A stretch of DNA of 64,000 nucleotides. It comes from Lama glama. Lineage: Eukaryota. The stretch's first letter is position 1, and every line of letters starts with the position of its first letter. The notes under the pieces were generated by a model that made no database searches, was not told the origin of the DNA, and was given only the letters and a program-made list of their open reading frames with translations. Made by a program: the position numbers and the translations under genes. The stretch is taken from positions 85,436,001 to 85,500,000 of the forward strand of contig CM052819.1 of NCBI GenBank assembly GCA_028534125.1, given 5' to 3'. This document shows, one piece after another, positions 1 to 12,669 of the stretch.

Positions 1-199
1 GATTACATTACAAAATGTGTTCACATACAAAATTAAACAAGGAACTGAATATACATGGATGTTGGGGAAACATCAAATAATTGACTTCAACCGCTTCTTT
101 CAAGTGATAATGTTTAAGCTTAGACCTGAGAATAACAAGTTAGCCTTGCATACTGGGGGAAAGGGTCTAGAGAAACCAGAATATTTAAGGACCCTGATA

Positions 200-1570
200 G
201 GAAGACAGTGTTGGCAGACAGAAGGAACTGAAACTATGAATCTGGTTTGAGTAAACCAGGGAGAAATACTGATGAGATGTGACTGAAAGATAAGAAGATG
301 TGAAACTATACAGGACTTCATTGGTAATGGCAAAAACTGTGGCCTTTAGTTCAAGTACACTGAAAAGTACAGAGAGATATGAACTGATAAGACATTTTAA
401 GAGAACACTATCCCTTGGGTCTCTATGTAGCAAATAGAGTATAGGGAGTTAAGAATGAAATCAAGTAGACTAATGATGAGGCTAGATAATGGATTAGGTA
501 AGACAAGATATGGATCTGACTGGACTGGACATTAGAAAAAATAAATGCAAAAATTCTAAATATATTTGGAGTCAAAATATTTTTTAATGAATGTTGGATT
601 GGATATGGTGGGAATATAGAAGGAAGACACAAAAATGACCCATAAATTCATGTTTTCACTGAATGATCCATGTACTGGGTCAAGGGAGGCATGGACTCTC
701 AGAGGAAAGGTCTGAGCTAGACTCTAAAACTAGAAATCACCAGCTCTTAAGTATAGAAATGGTGTTGAGAGCTTAGAGAAGGGTAATTAGGATGGAGCCC
801 AAAGGAATAACAATATTTAAAGTTTGGGTAGGGGAATAGAAATAAAAATTGCTCTATTAATGGTGGGGAAACAGAACTCAGGATATTAGCAAGAGAGTGT
901 TAAAGCTAAACCATAACATCTAAAATTTAAAATATGGAAATTGAAAACAGGAGAATATTGACAGATTATGAGGGAACAGCAAAAGCTGTGGCCTAGGGTG
1001 AGTGTCAGTGAAGATGAAGAATGGTAGGCATAATTGTAGGATAATCGAGCAAATGAGCTAGAAGAGGAATGATGCCCAGAAGATAATCTGCCATCAAGAT
1101 CTTGGGAGTACATATAGTGTTATAGAAACAACCTCAGATTTGGCCATGGGAGGGGTAACTGAAGCAGAGGGGAAAAAATACAATGGAGACAAGGATGTCA
1201 AGAAACAGAAAACAGGGAATTTTGACGTTCCTTCCACATGGACGTTGAAGTCACTGAAAATGAGAAGATGACTTGGCTAAAGATTAGAGCAAGGATTTAA
1301 AGCCTTACATAACTGACAGTTATGAGCAGGAGGTCTACTGATGTCAACAATACAAAAAGAACATAGCTACTATTTCCAAAGGGTTTGCGTTTCAAAGGAA
1401 GAGTATGATTGGCAAGAAGGATTACAAACAGCAACGTGGAAGCTGCAATGGGGAACAAGAAGAACTTCTGGTTGAAAAGTATGTGGAGAATGAGAAAAAG
1501 ACTAGTCTCCATTTATGAAGACTACAGAAAAGTCTTCCTCTGGTGTCAATTAAGTTTCATTTTAAGAGAA
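200..1570 (-). mobile_element. Highly decayed L2 LINE fragments
   Basis: Purine-rich, L2-antisense-like phrases (e.g. ggtctgagctaga...aatcaccagc; ggagcccaaaggaataacaatatttaaag). Boundaries approximate. Confidence 0.5.
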
Positions 1571-1935
1571 TTAAAGAGGCAATGCAGAACCTTAGCAGCA
1601 GTCACTTTTATACTTTTATAGTTTCCAGTAGCTCAGTAAGTACTATGTAAAATTAAGTTTAACACAAAGGTGTAGTACAATTCCAATGGCATAGAATCTT
1701 CTGCAAAATCTCCGAGACCAGATAATTCCTTGTTTTCCTAACCTTCTCCTTGTACTACAAAATTTACTTCATCTTATTCAATAATGAACAGTATTAGTCC
1801 ATTAAAATACACACACACACAGAGTGTGCATATGTGGCAACCAGTTGTAGATCATTTTGATGCTATATTCAAAGTAAATAAATCATTCTATAACCTGAAA
1901 GCATGGAGATTTTGAGAAATTAAAATATCTTTTTT

Positions 1936-2817
1936 GTTCAATATTGCTAATTGTCAGAGAACGGTAAATCAAAACTATAATGAAGTATCACCTTACACCA
2001 GTCAGAATGGCCATCATTCAAAAGTTCATGAACAATAACTGTTGGAGAGGGTGTGGAGAAAAGGAAATTCTCCTACATTGTTGGCAGGAATGTAGTTTGG
2101 TGCAGCCATTATGGAAAACAGTATGGAGATTCCTTAAAAAACTAAAAACTGACTTAGCATATGATCCAGCAATCCCACTCCTGGGCATATATCCAGAGGG
2201 AACTAATTTGAAAAGATACATGCACCCCAATATTCATAGCAGCACTATTTACAATGGCCAAGTCATGGATGGAAACAACCAAAATGTTTNNNNNNNNNNN
2301 NNNNNNNNNNNNNNNNNNNNNNNNNNNNNNNNNNNNNNNNNNNNNNNNNNNNNNNNNNNNNNNNNNNNNNNNNNNNNNNNNNNNNNNNNNNNNNNNNNNN
2401 NNNNNNNNNNNNNNNNNNNNNNNNNNNNNNNNNNNNNNNNNNNNNNNNNNNNNNNNCTTATATGTGATATCTTTATAAAAAAAAAGACACAAATGAACTT
2501 ATTTACAAAACAGAGACAGACTCACAGACATAGAAAACAAACTTATGGTTATCAGGGGGGAAAGGAGGTAGAAAGGGATACATTGGGAGTTTGAGATTTG
2601 CAGATACTAACTACTATATATAAAATAAGCAACAAGTTTCTGCTGTATAGCACAATATCTTGTAGTAACCTATAATGAAAAATATGAAAAGGAGTATGTA
2701 TGTGTATGTATGAGTGACCTATTATGCTGTACACCAGGAATTGATGTAACATTGTAAACTGTCTATACTTCAACCAAAAAAAGAATAAAAGAAAAATGTT
2801 CACTGAAAACAAAAAAA
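1936..2817 (+). mobile_element. 5'-truncated young L1: ORF2 C-terminal Cys-rich region, 3' UTR and A-rich tail (camelid-type)
   Basis: ORF 1980-2594 gives YHLTPVRMAII...[47 protein letters not shown], the L1 ORF2 C-terminus. The 3' UTR reads gggagtttgagatttgcagatactaactactatatataaaat...acattgtaaactgtctatacttcaa, followed by an A-rich tail. Candidate TSD aaa(a/g)tatcttttt at 1922-1934 and 2815-2827. Confidence 0.95.
2290..2456. other. Assembly gap (167 N) inside the L1
   Basis: Run of N. The flanks are colinear L1 sequence. Confidence 1.
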
Positions 2818-3231
2818 GTATCTTTTTATAAAAGAAGTTAGATTGACTACAAAAAAAAGATAAGGAGCCCAACTTTGGAAGCTGGCTCAGCTAAGTCATC
2901 CTTGTCTCACTGGCACGACATCAAAAAACAAGACAGCACTGGCAGAGTCTTTAAAGGAAGTAAAAGTCACCTATCTAAGGCTCAACTCTAGATTGCTTGG
3001 CCAAGATATAGTATCTGGATGAGAGTTCGCTGACTCAAATTAAATTTGTGAAGATGAAGTAGATACTTGTTAAAATAAAAGATCTATTTAGGGAGACATA
3101 GGCAGACATAGTGCTTATACTATTGGATAGGTGTACACTTGCTTTCTACAAAAATAGCTTGCTGTTTTTTCCTAGACAGAGCTAACTTAAAAAGAAAAAA
3201 AAAGCATGAAATTAGAAAAAACTATGGTATT

Positions 3232-3340
3232 ATGGCATATATATTTACATATATCATAAGTGATATAATCATGTGATATGTACATATGTGTCATGTATAT
3301 GAAATACACACACATGTGTATGTGCATGTATGTGTATACT
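3232..3340. repeat. Degenerate (TA/CA/TG)n simple repeat
   Basis: catatatatttacatatatc...tacacacacatgtgtatgtgcatgtatgtgtatac. Confidence 0.8.
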
Positions 3341-3671
3341 GTAGTTTGCTGTAGATCTTCAGCCATTGCACTATCTTCTGTAGACTGTAGACTCCAAACA
3401 AGACAAACATATAGCATTTTATTTCAGGGCCAGCTACAGTGAGTGGAAAAATGAGAATATGTTAAATCAATATAGTATGGGCCCCTTGCTTTCTGTAATT
3501 CTGAGTTTCTATATGTCACAGTATTTGATTTCTCTGCTATATGTAGCCATCATAGCATTTGGGAAATTCCACAAGACACTTTGTTCATGTGGATTTGGAA
3601 AAGGGAATAGACTAACAACGCTTTGCTTTGCTCTGTACTCTATGTGCAACATCCATTTTGTTCTGTCTGCT

Positions 3672-3741
3672 AGTGTTAGCTGGTGACTACTCATGACTCT
3701 ACATGGAGTGTTAGCTGGTGACTACTCATGACTCTACATGG
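3672..3741. repeat. Perfect 35-bp tandem duplication
   Basis: agtgttagctggtgactactcatgactctacatgg occurs at 3672-3706 and again at 3707-3741 with no mismatches. Confidence 0.97.
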
Positions 3742-5796
3742 AAGAGCTAGTTTAAGGGGCAATAGTCTTCAAGTTAAGAAACCTGTTAGGCTCAGTTATT
3801 AACGGGGTGAATGACCTTGTAAGAGCCATCTACCTAACATTAATTCTTGTCTGTGGTAAATTGAAGGGGATGCACTTGTCCCACAGGTTACATTTATGTT
3901 GATTTTAATAGACTTATCCTGCTAGATAGTAAATTTTATAACACAGAACTTTTTTTTAGACTTCAGTATTCCACAAGACCCATAACTTCTCTTTCCCAAC
4001 TTCAAGAAATGCAGAATAAAAATTAACTCCCTTCTAATTCAGGGGGAAATACCTGAACAACATTATGTATAATTTACTATTTAAACATATCTAAAACCAA
4101 GCAGTTACAAGCTCATTAGAGGGCCTTGATTTGGAATATGGAGGAGAATGATCCTCTCTCTTTATTCCAATTCTGCCTCCAATGCCCTAAAGTTTTATTT
4201 ACACTCAAAAATTAGAATCCCATCTGAGAAAGCTTGCCCAAATGAGAAAACAGGCTAATTTCTCAATAAAAGTGCTAGATAATAATAAATGCATTTCTGG
4301 TCAAGGCACTGGGATTCTGGAAATAATCATCTTCCTAATGAGGTGCAGGAATTGTGACTATAAACAGTTAGTCTGTAATATCTGCCAAGTTCAATTCAGC
4401 TTCATTTTAAGGGCCTTCTACTGTTAGGGCCAAGTATAATGACTCAAATTAGTGAACTTAAATATTGCTTTAAAATGTTTGATGGAGACATTTCAAATCA
4501 CGATCCGAGATTTTTTGCTGCTACTTTTACTGAATTCAATTTGCTGCCAAGATTTAATCAGATTAATCAAGATACCTTAAACTGTAGAACATACCATTCC
4601 TTATAAACACCTTAAGAACTTTAGAGTGGGTCAAATCTAGAAGGTATGTTTTTTGTAAGAATGTGCTAGGGTGAATTAATTGTATTTAGCATTATTTACA
4701 GAAGGTTTTAACAAAGTCAACTTGGGAAATTAGGAAACATTTTGTAAAAAAACCTTCTAGAGGAAGTTAAATTACTGAAAAATAATTTCAATTTATGAAT
4801 GTAATAGTATCGCTCAGAAAATAAAGAAAAAGTAATTGTAAAACTTTATAGAGGTAATCTGTTATAAAATTGTGTTAATAATTTCAACCAGATACTTTCC
4901 ACATCACAATGCTATTTTAGGAATTTTATTTCTTGTCTATCAAAGCCTCCCCTCCCTGTGTGAACTCCCTCCAGACTTAATGATCAACATATTTGTCGGA
5001 TTTGTTTCAGTTTACAAAAGATTTTTTTAAAAATCAAATCCAAAGGCATACTATATTTGGAAACTCTCATTAGAAGGAATAGTTTTTTAGTTTTAAGAAA
5101 ACATGACTAATTTAGTTTAGTGACCGATTATCAAGTTAGAGATCTTGAGTGAATTCAACCTTTCATAATCTTATTTGCTTTTAATCCTGCTGCTCTGGAA
5201 AACTGTCAGGTATCACTTTGCTCCTTCCCAGAAGTTTCTCTATCACTACTGTCACATATTTCATCTGTTTCCACCACTAGACTACGTCTGCATTACTGAA
5301 CATAATGTTCCACGCATAAATAGTTGGTGAATATATTACTAGAAATCAGATTATCAGTGGCATATCCTGTTGCCCCATATTCTGGTCTTCAGTTCAAGTA
5401 ACTCAAGTTGCTTTCACAACCCTAACCCTTTTGGGGAATATTGGTCCAATGATCCTGAATCATGACACTCTTATAATAAAATTATTAATGATAGTGCCAG
5501 AAAGATTATGGATTATCCAACACAATCTTTGATTCAACATCCATGCCTCATACAATTGGAGGACACGTTTATGACTTGATTAGTCTTCGAATGACACCCC
5601 TGTTTTAAGTCCACATAGTGTTTGTATACATCATCTTCCATACATAGTTCATTTTATTTCAGTTCTCATTATTCTACAGTTTATCTACAGTTCTTATTGT
5701 TCCAATATGAAGGACTTTCTTCAGAAAATTCATTCTCAATTATTTCTTGCCATGTCCAACTCAATTTGATACACCATCTACCGAAAAAAAAAAAAT

Positions 5797-6276
5797 TCCA
5801 GTTTCTTATTGCTGCGGTAACCATAAACTCAGTGGCCTAGAATGATACAACAGATGTTTATTTTATTAAAGATCTGGTGGTCAGAAGTCCAAAATCAGTC
5901 TTACAGGGTTAAAATCAAGTCATTCTCAGAGCTTGTTTTTGTTTTGTTTTGTTCTGGAGGCTCTAGGTGAGAATAATTCTGAAGATCAAGCATATTCCTT
6001 GGATCCCGACAGAAAATTTATCACTCCAACCTCTGCTTCAGTTATTTCATCTCCTTCCATGATTTTTCAGCCTCCCCCTCGTAAGATCCCTTGTGCTTAC
6101 ACTAGCTGAGACAGATAAATCAGGATCTTCTCCTTATTCTAAGGTCAGATTATTAGAACTTTCTATTAATTCCATCTAGAACCTTAACTCTTCCTTGCCA
6201 TGTAACGTAACATATTCACAGGTTCTGGGTGTTAGGATGCATACATCTTTGGAAGGCTATTACTCTACCCACCACA
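5797..6276 (-). mobile_element. MaLR solo LTR, MLT1 family (MLT1D-like)
   Basis: Diagnostic antisense MLT1 phrases: tttcttattgctgc.gtaac; ggtcagaagtccaaaatcagtct; ttgccatgtaacgtaacatattcacaggttctggg...ctacccaccaca. Confidence 0.85.
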
Positions 6277-7559
6277 TGATGAAACTGGGGAAAGGTAAAA
6301 TTATGTATAATGCACTGTTAACTCTGGCAATGAAATGATACACTTTATAAAGATTTCTATCACAAACTGTTTTTAAATATTTTAGCTAGTAGATTGAGTT
6401 TTGCTATATTCTAGAAAAAAAATCTCATGTCCGTGTAAATAAATGACACACAGTACAGAGTCTTTTTAAAATAAAAAAGGAATATTCAAAGCTACCTGAC
6501 AATGGAAAAGAGACTATAGTCACTACGCCTGATTTCTGTCCCTTATACCCCGTCAATATGCACACATGCCAAATTTCCTTCCTGTCAGGATGCTGCTTCC
6601 CCAAGCTTAGCAGATGCCTTCACTCTCATCACTGTTCGCATTGAGTCTTTTTCAAGCTTATCTTCATTAGCGTCTTATTCCCAGCTTCTTATTTTTCTTC
6701 TCTGAACTTGATTTTATTTCTTATGTATTCCACATGCTCACACACTTATTCTCTGCTTTACATCATTCTCTAGTTTTATGCATACAATTTTCCCCCACAT
6801 AAGTTGCTTTCTCTGTAGGACTTACCATACTAGTGCTATCACAGAGCTCAGGCTCTGTCTCCAGCCTAGAATTTAGTGTCTTCTGGTTTCTAGCCTAAAT
6901 TAAACTTCATAATTAAGCAAAGTCCCCATTTGAGGAAATAGTAGGGCTTCCTCCCCTAGAAGTCTGTAATGTACAGAAACACATTTGAGAACACAAATGA
7001 CTTTTATGTCGAGAAGCCAGATGCATTTCATGCCTGTGTGTGCTTAGGGAAGCAAGTTCATCTCATATATCACAATAAGCATCTGTTCCACTAAATTCCA
7101 CTGCCAGATACTCATCACACTTAGGCAACAAAACACTTAAGGAAATAAAAGCTCTATACAATTAAAAAAAAAAAGTACATCCGAAAGCTTTGTTTATTTA
7201 AAAAAAAAATTTCCTTAATCAGTTAAGCCCAGAGAAGGAAGTACTAAAAACAATAAACAAATCACTGAAATCTAGGTTCTAATTAGGCATCTTGGCCATC
7301 CCCCTGTATAAAATTTAGAGAAAGTGATGTGTGATTGATTGTATATTTGAAAGGCTGTTTTCAACAGCAAAGGGTGTTCTGAGGTTTGAATACACCACTG
7401 AAAATGCAGAAGCTTAAAAGAACTAACCGAAAACCAACTACATGAACACGAACCTGCAAACAACTGCATAGGTATATATGTATAACAGGAGAAAATCCAC
7501 ACTATAATTTTGTTAAAATAGTGTAAGTATCTACATATAAATGATTTTCTCTATTAACT

Positions 7560-8085
7560 TTTGCTTTTTGATTATGAACAACAGTCTCTGATACATTTAT
7601 TCACATAAGGATCTTGATGTTTCCTGCCAACGTACCTTGCCATTTTTTTCTGTTGGATTACTAATCTTTTTTTATTGATTTGTTGGAACTATTGGTATGT
7701 CAGATATATCAAATGAACTGCAAACACTTTTTCCAGATTTGAAACTTGTTTTTTATACCTACTAATGGTGACTTTTGAAATATAAAAGTTTTCTATTTTA
7801 ATGAAGTCCAATCCATCAATCTGTTCCTTATTCTGTCTTTGGTCAGAGCTATACTTAGAAAATAAATTTCTCCCTAATATTATAAATGGCATTTGCTTCT
7901 AGGGTTCTAGGGTTTTTTCTTTATATTTTGAGACATTTACTTGATACTTACTCTGAAATTAATATTTATGAATGGTGCCTTATAATTTTTCTGACTAAGC
8001 AACACAGAGCCAATTATTTCAACAACATTTATAATTTTATCATTTTCCACCTATTCTGAAAGACTGCCTTTATCATATATCAATC
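7560..8085 (-). mobile_element. Old L1M (L1ME-like) ORF2 fragment
   Basis: ORF 7689-7892(-) contains KEQIDGLDFIKIENFYISKVTISRYKKQVSNLEKVFA, similar to L1 ORF2 [33 protein letters not shown]. Confidence 0.85.
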
Positions 8086-8289
8086 AGATTTTAAGTTTAT
8101 TGAATTATGTCCCAGCATAACAGACTTACTAGTCTACCACTATTCCCCCAAGGGATGGGTGGAGGAATAGCTTTCTTATGTTTTAAGTGGGCAAGTAACA
8201 CAACATGGTTTAAGTGACAACTGAACTAGACAGAAACTTGAATTTCTGGATCTGAACTGTGTTTCAGCTTGACCAATCTTTTGTCCCAC

Positions 8290-8395
8290 ACATTTGCCTG
8301 TGAGGGTAGGGACTGAATTTTGTTTCTGGCTGGATTTCCACTGCTTAAAATTGTGTTGGGTACTGAATAGATGCTCACAAACAGCTGTTTAATGG
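8290..8395 (+). mobile_element. L2 3'-end fragment
   Basis: tgagggtagggactg...gtactgaatagatgctcacaaacagctgtt resembles the L2 3' terminus. Confidence 0.55.
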
Positions 8396-10481
8396 TTCGT
8401 TACATTGGCAGATACCCAATTTTTCATTGCAGTGGTACTACCATACACTAAGTCATTTTAACTGGCTTTTCTCTGTCAAGAGTAAAACATTCATTCACAC
8501 GGTTTTACACATGTACACTTTACAGTGGCACACTGCTTTCAAAATATTCACAAGGATTATATGAAATGTGTTGATCCTAGAGGTTTGGTCACAAAGAAAG
8601 CCATAAATCTGAAGCATAAAGAAGCAAAATATGAAAGATCAAATTACCAGGATTACCAGGATAAAAATTTACCCTGATTTTCTTCAGTTTGTTGCTAATA
8701 AAGCAAAAAAGGTTATAAATGCAAAACTGAAAGTGCACATGTATATATATCACAAGCACTCATTTTTCATGATGCACACAGTTGTGCGAATACATACAAA
8801 TAATACACTATCTTCTTTGTATTTATAATATACACATATATATGTATATACATAAATACAAATGATTTGCATAATAATTTTACATCTATTCATTTCCTCA
8901 GCTAAAGACCAAAGAGAATTTAAAACAAAATCAATTATTCATTTAGAAGTGTTTTTAACCATCATCTACCCTTTTATCCTCATTTTTATGGCTTCTTATA
9001 TTGCCATTTTGTGACTATTTTGCCATCCTTTATATATATTTAAAACAGTCACCTTGAGAATTTATCCTTTGGCTAGCATCGCTAAGATCAATTTTGTGTG
9101 ACTGTGTGTATGCAAACACACTTCACAAAGAAAGGTCAAGTGTAATATGTATGTAACAAAAAGATTTAACCTCAAAACTGAAAATTATCTATGCCTTTTT
9201 TCAGTTAAGAAAATTAACAAGGTAACTTCTCATTAGTAAACTTGTTTGCATTCTGTTTGCTTCCATCTGAATTGCCACATTGGTACACTATATTGATAAT
9301 CTGATACTTCACCACAGTAAATATGGGATAATACAAAAAATAAAAAATAAGTCAGTGAGTTCCAAGAAAATATATTTTTTCATAGGTCAAATAATTTGAA
9401 GTTGTCAGTGAAACAGCAAGGTGAAAAAGGATGAAAGAGTTCTCAAGGCCAGTGAATAACAATAATGATGTTGTATTCCAAGCATCAATCACCATTACCA
9501 CCAAGCTTTGATACCTATATTGCCAAATACTTCCTGTACAGCCTTAATGGTGATTAATAGATGTGCCATAGTGAAACTGAAATAAGACTCTGTAGACAAG
9601 TGATATTCAAAATGTTTGAAAATTTATTATTATTTCTATATCTGGAAATACTGCTTTTTTCAATGTTACCTACACAAATTTTGACTGTATTTACCTGATA
9701 TTTAGCAAATACAGTTTTATTAAACAATTTTCACATTTTCTGAACAATCACATTTGAGCTTGTAAGAGAGATCTACAACAAATTCTGATTATACAAAGTT
9801 TCTAGCAGTGGCAACAAAAGCATCTTGCAATGCCCTTTAAGTCCTATCATCCTCAGCAGCACCACTCATCTTCCCTTCAGATAACTGATGTATGTATTAC
9901 CTAAGTCAAGTCCTACACACATGTCCTCAGCATGAGCCCTCCAGCCTCTCCTTGCAGTCAGAATGCAGTTCCAAAGCCTCCCTGTAGGCATCCTGCAGCC
10001 ACCACTGAAACACACACACTTGTCACAGGAACTGAAATGCCTCGCTTTACAAATTCAGAACTCACAATACTTTAAAAAAATGAATCAGATTTTTAAAAAC
10101 TGTTTTGGAATACTTCACACTCTGTGTAATAAGTCATACAAAGATTAGACGACTCTTCATTCCAGCCTACCTTATCATGTTTTCTCCTTGCTTTTTCCAC
10201 ACAGCCACAGCTAGCAACAGATTCACTGCTAAATTTCATTCACTGATTATCTCACAATAAATGATCTCAACAGCCATTTCTGAAGCCTCTGCTATTTTGG
10301 TTCTATATAATCCTTGTACTTTTGAATGAGTTAGTTATTGTTTGAAAAGCCCTGACTTTGATTCTTGGAAAAGCCATCATTTCCTTCTATAAGCTTTGTA
10401 ATAGCAAATACCAATTAGGTCTGGTGACCAAACTAAAGGGAAAATTGATCATATTATTTCATATCAATTAATAATAACATC

Positions 10482-10850
10482 ATCATTTACCATCCTCAAA
10501 TCGTGTGCTATGGATAATAAGTTTTCCACCCAGAAACAGTTGGTTGCATGAGCAACAAGAGGAAGACAACCAGCCGCTTATATCCACACTGAGACATGTC
10601 CACACACTCTTGCTGCCACAGCCAAAGTAATGCCATATGTCCTCGGTGATGTGGGTGGACAAAAGTAACAGTTGGCCTGCTAAAGAGGGCCATATGTACA
10701 CGCAGCCTAGCACTCCGTCCTCCTTACTTATGGTTGCTGAAAACTCAGTTGAAGTCCTTGATCAGATGAATAGCATGGCTCAAGAAGATGCTTTGTCAAT
10801 AGAAGAAAAATACTGTTTATCGTACAACTATATCTCTGGGCATGGAAGCT
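10482..10850. repeat. MER121-like ultra-ancient conserved repeat, near full length
   Basis: Colinear with my recollection of the MER121 consensus: tcatttac...gttttccacccagaaa...ggttgcatgagc...ttgctgccac...gggtggacaaaa...gttggcctgc...ggccatatgtac...gctgaaaactcagttgaagtccttgatc.gatgaatagcatg...aaaaatactgtttatc. It has an internal inverted repeat and CATATG palindromes. Confidence 0.75.
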
Positions 10851-12174
10851 AAAAATATGCTTGTGCTTTAGTCTTCTTATTAAGACTTCCTTAAACAGCA
10901 GCAGAGTTCCTTAGTCCAATCTCAACTCCCCTCAATAATAGATTTGCATTTATGTACAAAGAGATGCATGTGCAGTCTCCTATTAAAGCTGACCATTCAT
11001 AATCATCCTTGTATAATTCCACGTTACACAAACCTCATTTTTATCTGGATCTCCATAAAAAATTTTATTGCTTCTTTGATATTAAAAATATTAAAGACAG
11101 TGAGAAATGCTTAAGAACTTAAGAGTATTTGAATTAGAGTTTCTGGAGAGCAAGGAGGGAGCAATAAAGCAAAACTGCATTCCACACACATTACCTTTTA
11201 CAAGGTAAAGGAAAACATGGATTTTGGGTGATTATAAATAGCTTTGTATCTCAACAAAGATTTCCTTTGGATTTTTCCACAACTGCAGAGACCATACAGC
11301 TATTGTACTGATAATATAATTTATAGTTTTAAGGTCATTCCTAATACTGTGATCAGATAAGATAATTTACTTTTCTCTTAATGGCTTCTTTTTGACAAAT
11401 GAGGGAGCTTTTAAGAAGGACAATGCTCCCTGCACAACAACCAGTAAAGCATGTCACATTCATTTACACATAATTTTAAGAAAAATGAAGGACAAACTTG
11501 TGAGGCAGCAAGAATTCATTTGCATTAAATTAATTTGAACAGGGTATTCCACGTTCTCTTTGGCAACAATGGTATGGGCGAAATACGAATCCATCTCCAT
11601 GCAACAGTTCTCTTTTGGGTTACAGAAAGATTTGAAAGCTGACATGACCATCATTAAATTTCTCCTGGAAGTCTACAATTAGTATATATAACTCATGAGA
11701 TAGAATATTCACAATGCACATTTATGAAGAGCACCAATTATTATGGAACCACTGGTTTGACATCCCCTTGAAAAGTATGTCCTGCCAAGTTTAAAAAAAA
11801 AAACAAGCTTTCTGTGATTTCTAAGATGAATTTGGCTTTGTAAACAAGAGCTAAATCTCATGAATATGAACTATCATAGATACTGCCCTCTGTAATTTAA
11901 ACCTAGGCAATCCAGGTGTTATCTTTGATAGGTTATTGATTTAATTAATATTTTTTGACCATAGGCATGCAAATAATTTCACTCACATTTAACTAAAACT
12001 AATTTAATAAATTAAAGAGTGTTTAATTAATCGGCATCTTTGTTAGGAAAATTCTCCTTCGATGTATTGTAACGGATCTTAAAAAACTGATAGCCCTAAA
12101 TACACACTGCTATTCCACAGAGAAGCAAGCACATTAATTTCAGGGTGTCAGAGCACAAAAGTATTATTATCATT

Positions 12175-12669
12175 TGCGGTAGGCTGACTAACAGCCCCCA
12201 GTGATGTTTTTCTCCTAATCCCCAGGCCCTGTGAATGTATTATTTTACATAATCAAATACACTTTGCAGGTGTGACTGAGTTAAGGGCACAAATGGGAAA
12301 ATTATCCTGGATCATCAGGTGAGCCCTAGGTAATCACAAGAGTTCTTGCAACAGGGATGGAGGAAAATTCAGAGTTGAGAGGAAGAGGCAGTGTAGAGAC
12401 AGAAACAAAAATAGGAGAAATGCACCTTGAAAATAGATGAAGGGGCATAAACCAATGAATTCAGATCACTAAAAGCAGAAAAAGTCAAGAAAAGGAATTC
12501 TCCCTTCAAAATCTAAGGAAGAAACCAGATCTGCAGACGTCTTGATTTTAACCCAGTGAAACTGATTTTGGAACTCTGACCTCCAAAACCGTAAGACAAT
12601 AAATTTGTGTTGTTGATAAGCCACTAAGTTTGTGGTAATTTCTTACAGCAGCAGTAGGAAACCAACATA
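12175..12669 (+). mobile_element. MaLR solo LTR, MLT1D-like, near full length
   Basis: Starts tgcggtaggctgactaacagccccc; contains ttatcctggat..caggtgagccct; ends aataaatttgtgttgtt...gccactaagtttgtggtaatttcttacagcagcagtaggaaaccaacata. Confidence 0.9.

Noticed and set aside
1980-2594. 204-aa ORF as a host gene
   Set aside because: It is the L1 ORF2 C-terminus. It frameshifts after GIYP and is artificially extended through the N gap.
10483-10852. Three short ORFs in the MER121-like block
   Set aside because: No known protein similarity. Better explained as a non-coding ancient repeat.
5797-12669. Two MLT1 LTRs as the ends of one provirus
   Set aside because: They are in opposite orientations with no MaLR internal sequence between them, so they are independent solo LTRs.
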